DNA of 64,000 bases from Bacteroidales bacterium (GCA_038212325.1 JBBQUQ010000003.1:816-64815), one strand, 5' to 3'; positions 21,601 through 30,768 are shown, counted from the stretch's first letter. The notes: a model not told the origin generated them from the sequence alone. Made by a program: numbers and translations.

Positions 21601-22377
21601 CGCTTAAGCGGTGCATATCCAAAGACGTACTATTCATATACCAACATCGACTTTGGAACCGTAAAAGGGTTAACGCTCACCTATGATCTTCGCAGAACGG
21701 GCAATGCACGTTTGCGTTTTAACTACACCCTGCAATTTGCCGATGGTACAGGTTCCGATCCTGATGCAGCTGCAACGATCATCCGTACCGACCAGCCCAA
21801 CCTCCGGACATTGAATCCGCTGAGCTTCGACCGCCGTCACGCGTTCAACATCAGTTTCGACTACCGCTGGGGAGGTGGAAAAGATTATAACGGCCCGGTT
21901 ATCAACCGTAAAAAAAGCGGCAAGCCACCTGTTCAGATCCTGTCAAACCTTGGAGCCAACCTTACACTTACCGGCGGGTCGGGAACACCTTTCACACAGT
22001 CCAGCAAAATTCTGCCTTACGGAGCGATGGGCCCGATCTACGGAAGTATCAACGGAGCCCGTTTGCCATGGCAGTTCCTTATCAGCGCACGCTTCGACAA
22101 AGATTTCAATTTTGCGCTCAACAAGAAGAAAGATGGAACGATCAATGTTTATCTTGAGTTAAGTAACCTGATGAACACGCTGAATGTAACCGCGGTATAT
22201 CCCGCAACCGGAAGTGCCTCCGACGACGGCTTCCTTACGGCTCCTGAATGGCAAAACGCGATTAACCAGCAGGTGGATTCACAAGCTTTCCACGACCAGT
22301 ATGCGATTCAGATGAACAACCCGTATCGCTACAGTTCTCCACGAACCATCAGGTTAGGTGTTATGTTCAATTTCTAA
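18664..22377 (+). CDS. TonB-dependent receptor, CarboxypepD_reg N-terminal domain, unusually long (1237 aa from ATG 18664)
   Basis: It has a signal peptide, then a GKITD....P..FANV...G....TSDFDGNF.I carboxypeptidase-regulatory-like domain. A plug region follows (MRGQRSSGTVYFIDGMRV ... IEQVEVILGGTPAAYGDATGGIINVTTK). The long barrel ends in RLGVMFNF. The track start at 18655 is TTG, and the first in-frame ATG is 18664. Confidence 0.85.
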   Translation: MLRNLLFTIGFVLATSVLVFSQTGSGTLKGKITDKATKEPISFANVVVEAGGVQIGGATSDFDGNFTIKPIPPGKVDLKASFVGYKPFMYKGIYISPDKITFQNLELEASTTTLNEIEIVDYKVPLISKDQTTSGGTVTSEEISKMANKSASAVATTVGGVATDANGNITSMRGQRSSGTVYFIDGMRVTGSNSLPQSAIEQVEVILGGTPAAYGDATGGIINVTTKGPSRDFSGGVDLQTSQYLDAFGYNRLGLNFTGPLLSKKDTVRNTKTPIMGFFVAGDFIYQKDGAPAAFPLYRVTDDVRNSLTTTPLRLYGQNNAVFLNSEFLTYDQMQTTKSTLNTAGTNINVSGKLDFRVSPTINVSFGGTFTWYDNRSFNYANSMMNWDNNAHANGYTWRLNGRFTQRFPTPSDSKNFIKNAYYSIGADFTRSFAKAEDAEHKNNFFEYGYVGSFATHTIRAYTPTVEYDSVLQLWGHLQNGFRDTIVVFKGSDINQESSNWTQQYYGLFDTPTGHYENIDEIISGKGLVNGMEPIGPYQAFAAIGNRPNTYNENTSDQIAVNASFAADFGNHEIQLGLQYQQRKNSGYANVGGQLWEAMKGLTNAQLNDLDLSNPQAISSNGVYVDTINYFRNYVSTLQRNFDINLRNKLGLPVDGTDWIDVYSYDFANNSINYYDQNQQLHNISASQPLFSMDMFSAEEVLNNGAPIVNYYGYDYTGKKMTGSYSFDDFFTQQDASGNYTRAIGPYQPIYIAGYIQDKFAFKDLIFNIGVRVDRFDANQPVLKDPYLFYAAKTVSEVTQLNGAPVSIPTGMGSGYVVYVDDANNPTSITGYRTGNNWYNAEGSPILDPVRALDRGNGVQPYLVDPSNTEVQANVFQDYDPQTNWMPRISFSFPISDDALFYAHYDILTQRPSTADVQIQPISYYYIGVTGASGTINNPNLKPEKTIDYELGFQQKINNSSSLKLAVFYREMRDQIQQYRLSGAYPKTYYSYTNIDFGTVKGLTLTYDLRRTGNARLRFNYTLQFADGTGSDPDAAATIIRTDQPNLRTLNPLSFDRRHAFNISFDYRWGGGKDYNGPVINRKKSGKPPVQILSNLGANLTLTGGSGTPFTQSSKILPYGAMGPIYGSINGARLPWQFLISARFDKDFNFALNKKKDGTINVYLELSNLMNTLNVTAVYPATGSASDDGFLTAPEWQNAINQQVDSQAFHDQYAIQMNNPYRYSSPRTIRLGVMFNF

Positions 22378-22433
22378 GGTGTTTGACTATGTTAATGAGA
22401 AGAAATTCCGGTATGTTTATAAATAATGCAACT

Positions 22434-25400
22434 ATGAAAAATATCCTTCGCTTTTTAGTGATTGCACTCTGCGCTTTAATGGTCTCAAATGTGCTTCGTG
22501 CAGAGGAAGTTCACAAAGTGGGCGCTTCAAAGAGCACCGGCACGTTAAAGGAAACGGCTGCCGGCTGTGCTTCGGGTTCCAGCTCTAAATATCTTGATAT
22601 CAATAATGTCAGAACCCTTTGCTATTCATATGGAAACGGATGGTTCATTGAAAACGCCGAATATGAAATTCCCAAAGGATCCAAGTTGACCTCCATGTTT
22701 TCCTTCTCCCTGTGGATCGGTGGCATCGACATCAACAACAACCTGAAACTTGCAGGGTATCGCTATGGTCAGGGTACCGGGAACCCATCGCATGTTAAAA
22801 ATGATTACTGGCCCGGACCATTGACGGTTGATGGCACCGCCGCCATTGACGCTGAAACCTGTGCATCGTATGATAAACTCTTTCAGATAACCAGGGAAGA
22901 GGTGCAGGAATTCCTGGCTTACCAGGATAATCCTGCTGATTATCCTTCCTACACCATTCCCAAATCAATCATTGACTGGCCGGCGCACGGCAACAAAGCA
23001 AAAGGACAAGCCTATTACCTTGCCCCGTTTATGGATGTTGACGGCAGTGGCGACTATGATCCCAATAATGGAGATTATCCTTATTATGATTTTGCCAACA
23101 AGCTTTGCCCTTCAAAATTAAAGCCGGGAGAACGCATTGAACGCGCTAAAATTAAGGACGGCGGAGAAGCAGATACGATGGGAATCCTGGTTGACCAGGT
23201 TTTGAAAGGAGATCAGACCCTTTGGAGTGTATATAATGATAAAGGAAATTATCATTCGGAAACCACCGGAGCACCAATCGGGATGGAGATCAGGGCACAA
23301 TATTTCGCCTTTGCAACCAACGACGAAATTAACAATATGACCTTTTATTCCTACGAACTGATCAACCGCTCGACCTACACACTTACCGGTACCTATTTTA
23401 GCCAGTGGGTTGATCCCGACCTGGGATATGCCAACGACGACTATGTTGGTTGCGATGTAAACCGGGGACTCGGCTATTGTTACAATGGCACGCCAATTGA
23501 TGGCACCGGACAGACCTATGCCTATGGCGAAAATCCACCTGCAGTGGGTGTTGACTTTTTCCAGGGGCCCTACATGGATCCTGATGGTTACGACAACCCT
23601 GCCTACAAGGGAAGCTCAGCGAAGGGGCCTTCATTTAACGGCAGTTGCGATATTGTCAGCCTCGACGGTACCACCATAAAAATGGGATATGGCCCCAGTG
23701 GCACTGATTCAGCTGATTTTTTGGTCATGGCGGAGGCCATCAATGGCGTGAACTTCGGCGACGGCATCAAAGATAATGAGCGATTCGGCATGCGCCGGTT
23801 TGTGTATCACAACAACAGCAATGCAGGTGTTCCGAACTACATGACCGACCCGCAATATGCCCCTGAATATTACCTGTTTCTCCGGGGGATATGGAAAGAC
23901 AATTCCAAAATGATTTATGGTGGCAATGCGCATTTTTCGGCTGGAGGCGTTGGGCCCGAATGCGATTTCATGTTCCCCAATCTATCTGATATTTGCGATT
24001 GGGGCACCGATGGACAACCGCCCAACGGCCCGAAAGAATGGACCGAAGTCACTGCAAAAAACAATCCGCAGGACCGTCGGTTCATGCAATCGGCCGGACC
24101 ATTCAAACTTGAACCCGGTGCATGTAATTACATCACCGTAGGAATTCCCTGGGCCCGTTCCGTTTCGGGTACAGCCGAGGAGTCGGTATTATTGCTGCAG
24201 CAGGTAGACGATAAAGCCCAGAGTCTTTTTGATAATTGCTTTGCTGTTTTGAGCGGGCCCAATGCTCCTGATATGACCATAGAAGAGATGTCAAATTCAC
24301 TGATCCTTTACCTCTCGAACCGCAAGACCAACGATGCCGGGAATAATTACCAGGAGAAATACCAGGAATATGATCCGAATATTCCGAATCCTGATGATCT
24401 TCCTCATAGCCAACGCAATGACTCCCTTTATCATTTTGAAGGCTACCAGATTTACCAGGTTAAAGATGCTTCGGTGTCTGCCGCAGATATCGGCGACGAG
24501 ACCAAAGTCAGGCTGGTGACCCAATGTGATGTAAAAAACGGAATCACCAAACTTGTTAACTGGATATATGATCCGAACCTCGGAGGCAATGCAGGGAAGG
24601 TGATGACCTACGGTGCCAACAAAGGGATTAAACATTCTTTTGTATTGACATCCGACCTGTTTGCAACCGGCAACAACCAGTTGATCAACAACAAGCAATA
24701 CTATTACCTGGTGACTTCTTATGCCTACAACCAATATAAATTATATAACCAGAATGATCCTTCAGCGCTTGACGGGCAGAAGCAACCATACCTGAGGGGC
24801 CGCAGCAACATCAAGGTTTATACTGCAATACCGCATATCCCGCTAGGTACGATTACCAATTCAAGCTATGGCGACGGACCTGTTATTACACGTATTCAGG
24901 GCCAGGGTAACGGCGGCATGATCCTTGAACTGTCAGATGCCTCCCTGCAGGAAGTACTGTTGAAACCACCGATCGATTCGAACACAACGAAAATGGGAGA
25001 TGCTGATTACCCGATTGTGTACAAGCCAACTTACCTGACTTCGCAGGGACCACTGCAAGTAAAAGTAATTGACCCGTTGAATGTTGTGAGCGCACAATAT
25101 ACGGTGAAACTTGATTCGATGGTTGAGGTCAGTAAAAATAATCCTTTTACAGACAAAAAGAAAATCAAGTTTGGCAAATGGACCCTGACCAACAACAACA
25201 CCGGGGTGACATACCAGTCGGATACAACGACTATTTTTGAATATGAGCAAACTTTCGTCGACCTCGGTATTGCCTTGACCATTGTGCAGGTGCCAAATGC
25301 CGGAGACTCTGTAGGAGGAGACCTGCCTCAGAATAACGGATTGCTTTATGCCTCACCTGCCCTTTTTGCCGACAGCACCAAAAGATGGCTCACCGGGGTA

Positions 25401-26753
25401 GAGGACAGTGATATCCCCGAATCAGCAACCAACTGGATCAGGTCAGGGACCTACAAAGGGTCTGATTCCCATTTTTATGACTGGGATATGGGAAGCGGTA
25501 CGGCCGGGAAGCCTTACGACCCGAATAAGAATTTCCAGAAAATTCAAACAGGAATATGGGCTCCATATCCGCTTACAGCCACCAACGGAGATGAAACTTT
25601 CAGCGGTCCGGCGTATAGCAAGCGTTCCAAACTGATCTCTTCTATGGATAATCTTGCCAGTGTTGATATTGTTATAACTCCTGATAAGAAATACTGGACA
25701 CGTTGCCCGGTTGTCGAACTGTGTCCGAAAACACAACTGGCAGAGGGAAAAGCCAAAATATTCAATTTCAGGGCGGCTGCCTCAGTCAATGTGGATGGCG
25801 ACACCGGCGTGGTAAGCGCCGACCCGATGTATAATTCTAATTATATCGCCCCAACCGGCATGGGTTGGTTCCCCGGATATGCCATTAATCTTGAAACAGG
25901 CGAACGTCTGAACATCATGTTTGGAGAAAATTCATGGTATTCTGCCGACAATGGCCGCGATATGTTGTGGAACCCGTCGAGCCGGACGTATGATGCTTCG
26001 GGCATCCCGGTATTCGGGGGGCAGCATTATGTCTACATCATGAATCATAAAGAGTATCCGCCCGTATCAGGCATTAAGCTTAGCTTTCCGGCCTACGACG
26101 GAGGAGCCTATATCGTATGGAACATGAACAGGGTTCCTTCGACCATCTACAAGGATTACACTTACGCTTCGGCCATGTATGTAAACGTTCCGCTGGCGGT
26201 TGACGGGCAGGAATGGCTGAGCAACCAGGTAACCACAAAAATCAGGATTTCAAAGCCATACCAGCGTTATTACTCCACGCCGATGCCGGAAGGGTCAATT
26301 GATACCTTAAACAGAAACTATCCGGTTTACGTATTTAATACAAGTTCGATAGCTACTGTGCAAAACAATCAGGAGGCAGCAACTTCAGATCTTGATCTGA
26401 TCAATGTCGTTCCGAATCCATATTATGCGTACGATGATTATGAAGTTAACCAGCTTGATACCAGGATTAAAATTGTAAATCTGCCAAACCAATGTGTCGT
26501 GACCATCTTTGACATGAGTGGTACCATGATCCGTCAGTTTAATGTGGATAAGTCGAATATAACTGTACCAAGAGGCTCGACAGCCGGACTGAATACGGAT
26601 TCCAAGACATCTGTGGATTGGGATCTTAAGAACTATGCCGGGATTCCGATTGCCGGAGGGGTGTACCTGATTCATATCAATGCTCCGGGGCTGGGTGAAC
26701 GTGTAATAAAATGGTTCGGAATATTGCGTCCGGTCGACTTGAACTCATTGTAA
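22434..26753 (+). CDS. very large secreted protein (1439 aa) with a T9SS-like C-terminal sorting domain, function unknown
   Basis: Start set at ATG 22434 (MKNILRFLVIALCALMVSNVLRA signal peptide). The last ~110 aa (VVPNPYYAYDDYEVNQLDTRIKIVNLPNQCVVTIFDMSGTMIRQF...WDLKNYAGIPIAGGVYLIHINAPGLGERVIKWFGILR) resemble a T9SS CTD beta-sandwich. I recognise no catalytic motif. Confidence 0.8.
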   Translation: MKNILRFLVIALCALMVSNVLRAEEVHKVGASKSTGTLKETAAGCASGSSSKYLDINNVRTLCYSYGNGWFIENAEYEIPKGSKLTSMFSFSLWIGGIDINNNLKLAGYRYGQGTGNPSHVKNDYWPGPLTVDGTAAIDAETCASYDKLFQITREEVQEFLAYQDNPADYPSYTIPKSIIDWPAHGNKAKGQAYYLAPFMDVDGSGDYDPNNGDYPYYDFANKLCPSKLKPGERIERAKIKDGGEADTMGILVDQVLKGDQTLWSVYNDKGNYHSETTGAPIGMEIRAQYFAFATNDEINNMTFYSYELINRSTYTLTGTYFSQWVDPDLGYANDDYVGCDVNRGLGYCYNGTPIDGTGQTYAYGENPPAVGVDFFQGPYMDPDGYDNPAYKGSSAKGPSFNGSCDIVSLDGTTIKMGYGPSGTDSADFLVMAEAINGVNFGDGIKDNERFGMRRFVYHNNSNAGVPNYMTDPQYAPEYYLFLRGIWKDNSKMIYGGNAHFSAGGVGPECDFMFPNLSDICDWGTDGQPPNGPKEWTEVTAKNNPQDRRFMQSAGPFKLEPGACNYITVGIPWARSVSGTAEESVLLLQQVDDKAQSLFDNCFAVLSGPNAPDMTIEEMSNSLILYLSNRKTNDAGNNYQEKYQEYDPNIPNPDDLPHSQRNDSLYHFEGYQIYQVKDASVSAADIGDETKVRLVTQCDVKNGITKLVNWIYDPNLGGNAGKVMTYGANKGIKHSFVLTSDLFATGNNQLINNKQYYYLVTSYAYNQYKLYNQNDPSALDGQKQPYLRGRSNIKVYTAIPHIPLGTITNSSYGDGPVITRIQGQGNGGMILELSDASLQEVLLKPPIDSNTTKMGDADYPIVYKPTYLTSQGPLQVKVIDPLNVVSAQYTVKLDSMVEVSKNNPFTDKKKIKFGKWTLTNNNTGVTYQSDTTTIFEYEQTFVDLGIALTIVQVPNAGDSVGGDLPQNNGLLYASPALFADSTKRWLTGVEDSDIPESATNWIRSGTYKGSDSHFYDWDMGSGTAGKPYDPNKNFQKIQTGIWAPYPLTATNGDETFSGPAYSKRSKLISSMDNLASVDIVITPDKKYWTRCPVVELCPKTQLAEGKAKIFNFRAAASVNVDGDTGVVSADPMYNSNYIAPTGMGWFPGYAINLETGERLNIMFGENSWYSADNGRDMLWNPSSRTYDASGIPVFGGQHYVYIMNHKEYPPVSGIKLSFPAYDGGAYIVWNMNRVPSTIYKDYTYASAMYVNVPLAVDGQEWLSNQVTTKIRISKPYQRYYSTPMPEGSIDTLNRNYPVYVFNTSSIATVQNNQEAATSDLDLINVVPNPYYAYDDYEVNQLDTRIKIVNLPNQCVVTIFDMSGTMIRQFNVDKSNITVPRGSTAGLNTDSKTSVDWDLKNYAGIPIAGGVYLIHINAPGLGERVIKWFGILRPVDLNSL

Positions 26754-26800
26754 TGGCATTTACGATTTATAACATGAAAACAACAAAAAATTCCAGGATT

Positions 26801-27871
26801 ATGAAAAAAATATATAGCAGCTTAGTTGCAATATTCTTGCTGGGGATGGTGTTTTTGCCCGTGGATATGGTAACAGCCGGAAATCCGGACCGTTCAGGCC
26901 AGGCAGGTGCTGCGGAATTGCTGATCAACCCCTGGGCCAGGAGTTCAGGCTGGGGAGGTGTTGGCACCTCCTGCACCCATGGTCTTGAAGCCTTGTTTAC
27001 CAATATTGCCGGCACGGGATTCACCAAGGGAACTGACGTCATCTTTTCCTATACGAACTGGCTGAAAGGCTCTGATGTCGATGTAATGGCATTTGGCATC
27101 AGCCAGAAGCTCGGACAGAATGGCGGAGTCCTTACAGCTGCTGTGATGTCGATGACCTTTGGAGAGATCCAGGTCACCACAACCGCTTTGCCTGAAGGTT
27201 CAGGAACCTATAAACCCAGCTACATGAATATCAACCTGGGCTATGCCAAAGCGTTTTCAAACAGCATTTATGGCGGTTTGAATATAAAACTGATCACAGA
27301 GTCCATCTCCAACGCAAGTGCGACAGGGCTGGCCATTGATGCCGGAATTCAGTATGTGACCGGAGAAAAGGAGCAGATTAAATTCGGGATTGCCCTTAAA
27401 AATGTTGGCGCCCCGATAAGTTTCAGCGGCGACGGCCTCTCTTTTCGCGGCATCATTCCTTCACGAAATGACAATGACCAGTTTACGGTCGAGCAGCGTT
27501 CAGCAAACTACGAACTTCCGGCAACATTGCGCATCGGTGCATCGTATGATTTTTACATTGCTGAAATGCACAGGATCACCGTTGCCGGCAATTTTAATTC
27601 CAACTCATTTTCCAACGACCAGTTTATCCTGGGCCTTGAGTATGCGCTGAAATATTATCTTCAGCTAAGGGCGGGGTTCACCTACCAGGATGGCATCTTC
27701 AGCTCTGACCTTGCAAACAGGGGTACGGTTTATACAGGAATGAGCGCAGGTTTTACGGTATCTGTGCCATTCAACAAGGAGAAAGAGTCGGGACTGGCGA
27801 TCGATTATTCGTACAGGGCAACAAACCCTTTTCAGGGAACACATAGCGTTGGCATAAAACTTAATTTTTAA
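26801..27871 (+). CDS. PorV/PorQ-family outer-membrane beta-barrel protein
   Basis: It has a signal peptide (MKKIYSSLVAIFLLGMVFLPVDMVTA), then GQAGAAELLINPWARSSGWGGVG...ALFTNIAG, typical of the PorV/PorQ N-terminus. An alternating beta-strand pattern runs to a terminal KLNF. ATG 26774 is an alternative start. Confidence 0.7.
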   Translation: MKKIYSSLVAIFLLGMVFLPVDMVTAGNPDRSGQAGAAELLINPWARSSGWGGVGTSCTHGLEALFTNIAGTGFTKGTDVIFSYTNWLKGSDVDVMAFGISQKLGQNGGVLTAAVMSMTFGEIQVTTTALPEGSGTYKPSYMNINLGYAKAFSNSIYGGLNIKLITESISNASATGLAIDAGIQYVTGEKEQIKFGIALKNVGAPISFSGDGLSFRGIIPSRNDNDQFTVEQRSANYELPATLRIGASYDFYIAEMHRITVAGNFNSNSFSNDQFILGLEYALKYYLQLRAGFTYQDGIFSSDLANRGTVYTGMSAGFTVSVPFNKEKESGLAIDYSYRATNPFQGTHSVGIKLNF

Positions 27872-27913
27872 AGTTCGCTGCAACTTATTTCAGTAAACCG
27901 TTTCTTTTATGCA

Positions 27914-27938
27914 AAAGGGCCCTTTGACAGGGTCTTTT
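27914..27938 (+). terminator. possible intrinsic terminator after the PorV-like gene
   Basis: An imperfect hairpin, aaagggccc / tttgaca / gggtctttt (9 bp including 2 G-U pairs), followed by a T-rich stretch. Confidence 0.35.
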
Positions 27939-27957
27939 GCCTTATTATAACATCAAA

Positions 27958-27965
27958 TAAATTTG
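27958..27965 (+). promoter_or_regulatory. putative -7 box for greA, near-leaderless geometry
   Basis: TAAATTTG, 5 nt upstream of ATG 27971. Confidence 0.4.
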
Positions 27966-27970
27966 CGGAA

Positions 27971-28453
27971 ATGTCGGATATAAAATATTACACTCCTGAA
28001 GGTTTGGAAAAACTCAGGGCTGACCTGCACCAATTAACGACGGTCGACCGGCCTTCAATATCGCGCCAGATAGCGGAGGCCAGGGATAAGGGTGATTTGT
28101 CGGAAAATGCTGAATATGCTGCTGCAAAGGAGGCCCAGTCGATGCTTGAGCTTAAAATATCCAAGCTTCAGGAAACCGTCAACAATGCACGGCTCATCGA
28201 CGAGCGGAAACTGGACAATACGAAAATATTGATATTTTCGACCGTTAAACTGTTGAATTCCCAGAATGGCACAACGGTGACCTATACCCTTGTTCCGGAA
28301 AATGAGGCCAACATTAAATTGGGCAAACTTTCTGTAAGTTCACCGATTGCCAAGGGATTGCTGGGCAAGAGTTTCGGAGAAACGGTTGAAATAACTGTTC
28401 CGGCCGGGAAAATTACTTTTGAAATTGTAGAAATAACACGCCTGAAGAGTTAA
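27971..28453 (+). CDS. greA: transcription elongation factor GreA
   Basis: 160 aa. Motifs are EGLEKLRADL, AEARDKGDLSENAEYAAAKEAQ (acidic coiled-coil tip) and a C-terminal SSPIAKGLLGK. Confidence 0.9.
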   Translation: MSDIKYYTPEGLEKLRADLHQLTTVDRPSISRQIAEARDKGDLSENAEYAAAKEAQSMLELKISKLQETVNNARLIDERKLDNTKILIFSTVKLLNSQNGTTVTYTLVPENEANIKLGKLSVSSPIAKGLLGKSFGETVEITVPAGKITFEIVEITRLKS

Positions 28454-28455
28454 GT

Positions 28456-28851
28456 ATGGCAACAATATTCACACGGATCGTGAACGGTGAGATTCCTTGC
28501 TACAAGGTGGCAGAAGATGATAACTTTCTCGCGTTTCTTGATATCAACCCGCTTCAGGAAGGTCATACCCTGGTGATACCCAAAAAGGAGGTCAACTACA
28601 TTTTCGACCTGGACGAGGAACTGCATGCCGGGTTATGGAATTTTGCCAGGAAAATCGGCAAGGCAATTGAAAAGGTTGTTCCATGCCGGCGGATCGGCAT
28701 CACGGTGATCGGGCTTGAGGTTCCCCACGCGCACATACACCTGATTCCCTTGCAAGCGATGCATGATATGGATTTCAGGAAACCGAAACTCAGCTACACA
28801 CCTGAAGGGTTTAAGGAAATCGCAGAACGGATTTCCGGAGCAATTGATTAA
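28456..28851 (+). CDS. HIT family (histidine triad) protein
   Basis: 131 aa. It has IF.RI..GEIP and the HAHIHLIP histidine triad. Confidence 0.85.
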   Translation: MATIFTRIVNGEIPCYKVAEDDNFLAFLDINPLQEGHTLVIPKKEVNYIFDLDEELHAGLWNFARKIGKAIEKVVPCRRIGITVIGLEVPHAHIHLIPLQAMHDMDFRKPKLSYTPEGFKEIAERISGAID

Positions 28852-30749
28852 TAGGCCCTCACGTTTTTACCTTCTATATAGTTGATAAATGCCCGGTTGA
28901 CGACTTTATTGCCACCCGGCGTGGGGTAGTTCCCGGTAAAGTACCAGTCGCCTTTGTGTTTCGGGATCGCTTCGTGCAGGTCGGCAATTGTCTGATAAAC
29001 AATCTCAACGCCTGCGTTGCAGGTTGCAGGGGTTAGCAATTCAGATATCTTCTCAGAAATACGTTCAGCGCTGAAGGGTTTGTAGATATCCTTCACATGG
29101 TTGACGATGTGCTCCTTCGGCCACTTTTCCTGCATCTTGGCTTTAATATAAACCTCGTTGATAATGTGTTCCTGGTGAGTCTCCTTCAGTAACTCGATTG
29201 ATGCCTTGAAGGCGATAAAGTCGGTTATCTTGGCCATATCGATGCCGTAGCAGTCGGGATATCGGATTTGCGGAGCAGACGATGCGATGACAATTTTTCG
29301 GGGCCCAAGCCGGTCGAGGATCCGGAGGATGCTCTGCTTTAAAGTAGTTCCTCTTACAATGGAATCATCAAGCACAACCAGGTTGTCAATTCCTCGGCGT
29401 ATGCTGCCATATGTGATGTCGTATACATGGGCTGCGAGGTCATCGCGCTGTGAATCGCGGGTGATGAATGTGCGCAGCTTCATATCCTTGACGGCAACTT
29501 TTTCTGCCCGCGGCTTTAGTTGAAAGATGTTTTTAAGGACTTCTGCGTTGAGTGATTTTCCGGCGTCCAGGATGCGGTCGATTTTGATCCTGTCGCAGAA
29601 GGCATCCATCTCCTCGATCAGGCCGTAATAGGCATCGATGGCGGTATTGGGGATGTAGGAAAACACGGTATTTTCAACATCATGATCAATCGCTTTCAGG
29701 ACCGCCGGGGTTAGAAGTTTCCCCAACATTTTACGCTCACGGTATATCTCTTTATCGGTACCTCTCGAAAAATAGATCCGCTCAAATGAGCAGGGTTTCT
29801 TTTCCAGGGGTTTGCTGAATTCTTTTTCGGAAACTTTGCCGTCTTTCTTGATAATAAGTGCATGGCCGGGCATAAGTTCGTGAATGGCATCAAATGAAAC
29901 ATTCAAGGCGGTTTGTATGACAGGCCTTTCAGAAGTAACAACCACGATTTCTTCATCCTGGTAGTAAAACGCCGGACGGATTCCGCAGGGATCGCGCATG
30001 ACAAAAGCATCGCCGTGGCCGAACATGCCGGCGATCACATAACCGCCATCCCATGTTTTGGCTGCTCCCCGAAGAATTTTCTGAACATTCAGGTGTTTTG
30101 CGATCTGAGTCGTGATTTCACGTTTTGGAAAGCCCTTCTTTTTAAACTTCTGGTAAAGCACTTCGTTTTCTTCATCCAGGAAATGGCCCATTTTTTCAAG
30201 AATGGTAATGGTATCGCTGGTCTCAACCGGGTATTGGCCCAGATCGATCAGTTTTTCAAAAAGTTCATCGACGTTTGTGAGGTTGAAATTGCCTGCAAGA
30301 ACGAGATTTTTGGTCATCCAGTTATTTTCCCGCACAAATGGATGGATGTTGAGTAGGTTGTTTTTGCCAAAGGTGCCGTAACGAAGATGGCCAAGGTACA
30401 ACTCCCCCAGCATGTCAACTTTTTGCTTCAGCCACTGAACATCATTCAGCCGATGGGGATGGCGCTCCTCAATTTCTTTCACCGAATGAATCACCTTGTT
30501 GAAAATATCCTGGATCGGGGCGTTATCAATTGACCGGATTCGGTTAATAAACCTGGTTCCGGGGTCGAGGTCAAATTTTATGGATGCAATACCGGCCCCG
30601 TCCTGCCCCCGGTTATGCTGCTTTTGCATGAGCAGGTGCAGTTTGTTCAAGCCGTAGAAAGCTGTTCCGTATTTGGCCAGATAGAACTCCAGTGGTTTAA
30701 GGAGGCGGACCATCGCGATGCCGCATTCATGATGGATGGAATCGCTCAT
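28848..30749 (-). CDS. purF: amidophosphoribosyltransferase (long, class II glutamine amidotransferase type)
   Basis: 633 aa. It has an N-terminal MSDSIHHECGIA (Ntn Cys), NRGQDGAGIA, and a PRTase motif (VVLDDSIVRGTT). Confidence 0.8.
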   Translation of the reverse strand: MSDSIHHECGIAMVRLLKPLEFYLAKYGTAFYGLNKLHLLMQKQHNRGQDGAGIASIKFDLDPGTRFINRIRSIDNAPIQDIFNKVIHSVKEIEERHPHRLNDVQWLKQKVDMLGELYLGHLRYGTFGKNNLLNIHPFVRENNWMTKNLVLAGNFNLTNVDELFEKLIDLGQYPVETSDTITILEKMGHFLDEENEVLYQKFKKKGFPKREITTQIAKHLNVQKILRGAAKTWDGGYVIAGMFGHGDAFVMRDPCGIRPAFYYQDEEIVVVTSERPVIQTALNVSFDAIHELMPGHALIIKKDGKVSEKEFSKPLEKKPCSFERIYFSRGTDKEIYRERKMLGKLLTPAVLKAIDHDVENTVFSYIPNTAIDAYYGLIEEMDAFCDRIKIDRILDAGKSLNAEVLKNIFQLKPRAEKVAVKDMKLRTFITRDSQRDDLAAHVYDITYGSIRRGIDNLVVLDDSIVRGTTLKQSILRILDRLGPRKIVIASSAPQIRYPDCYGIDMAKITDFIAFKASIELLKETHQEHIINEVYIKAKMQEKWPKEHIVNHVKDIYKPFSAERISEKISELLTPATCNAGVEIVYQTIADLHEAIPKHKGDWYFTGNYPTPGGNKVVNRAFINYIEGKNVRAY

Positions 30750-30768
30750 TATCTTGTTTATTAGGCCG

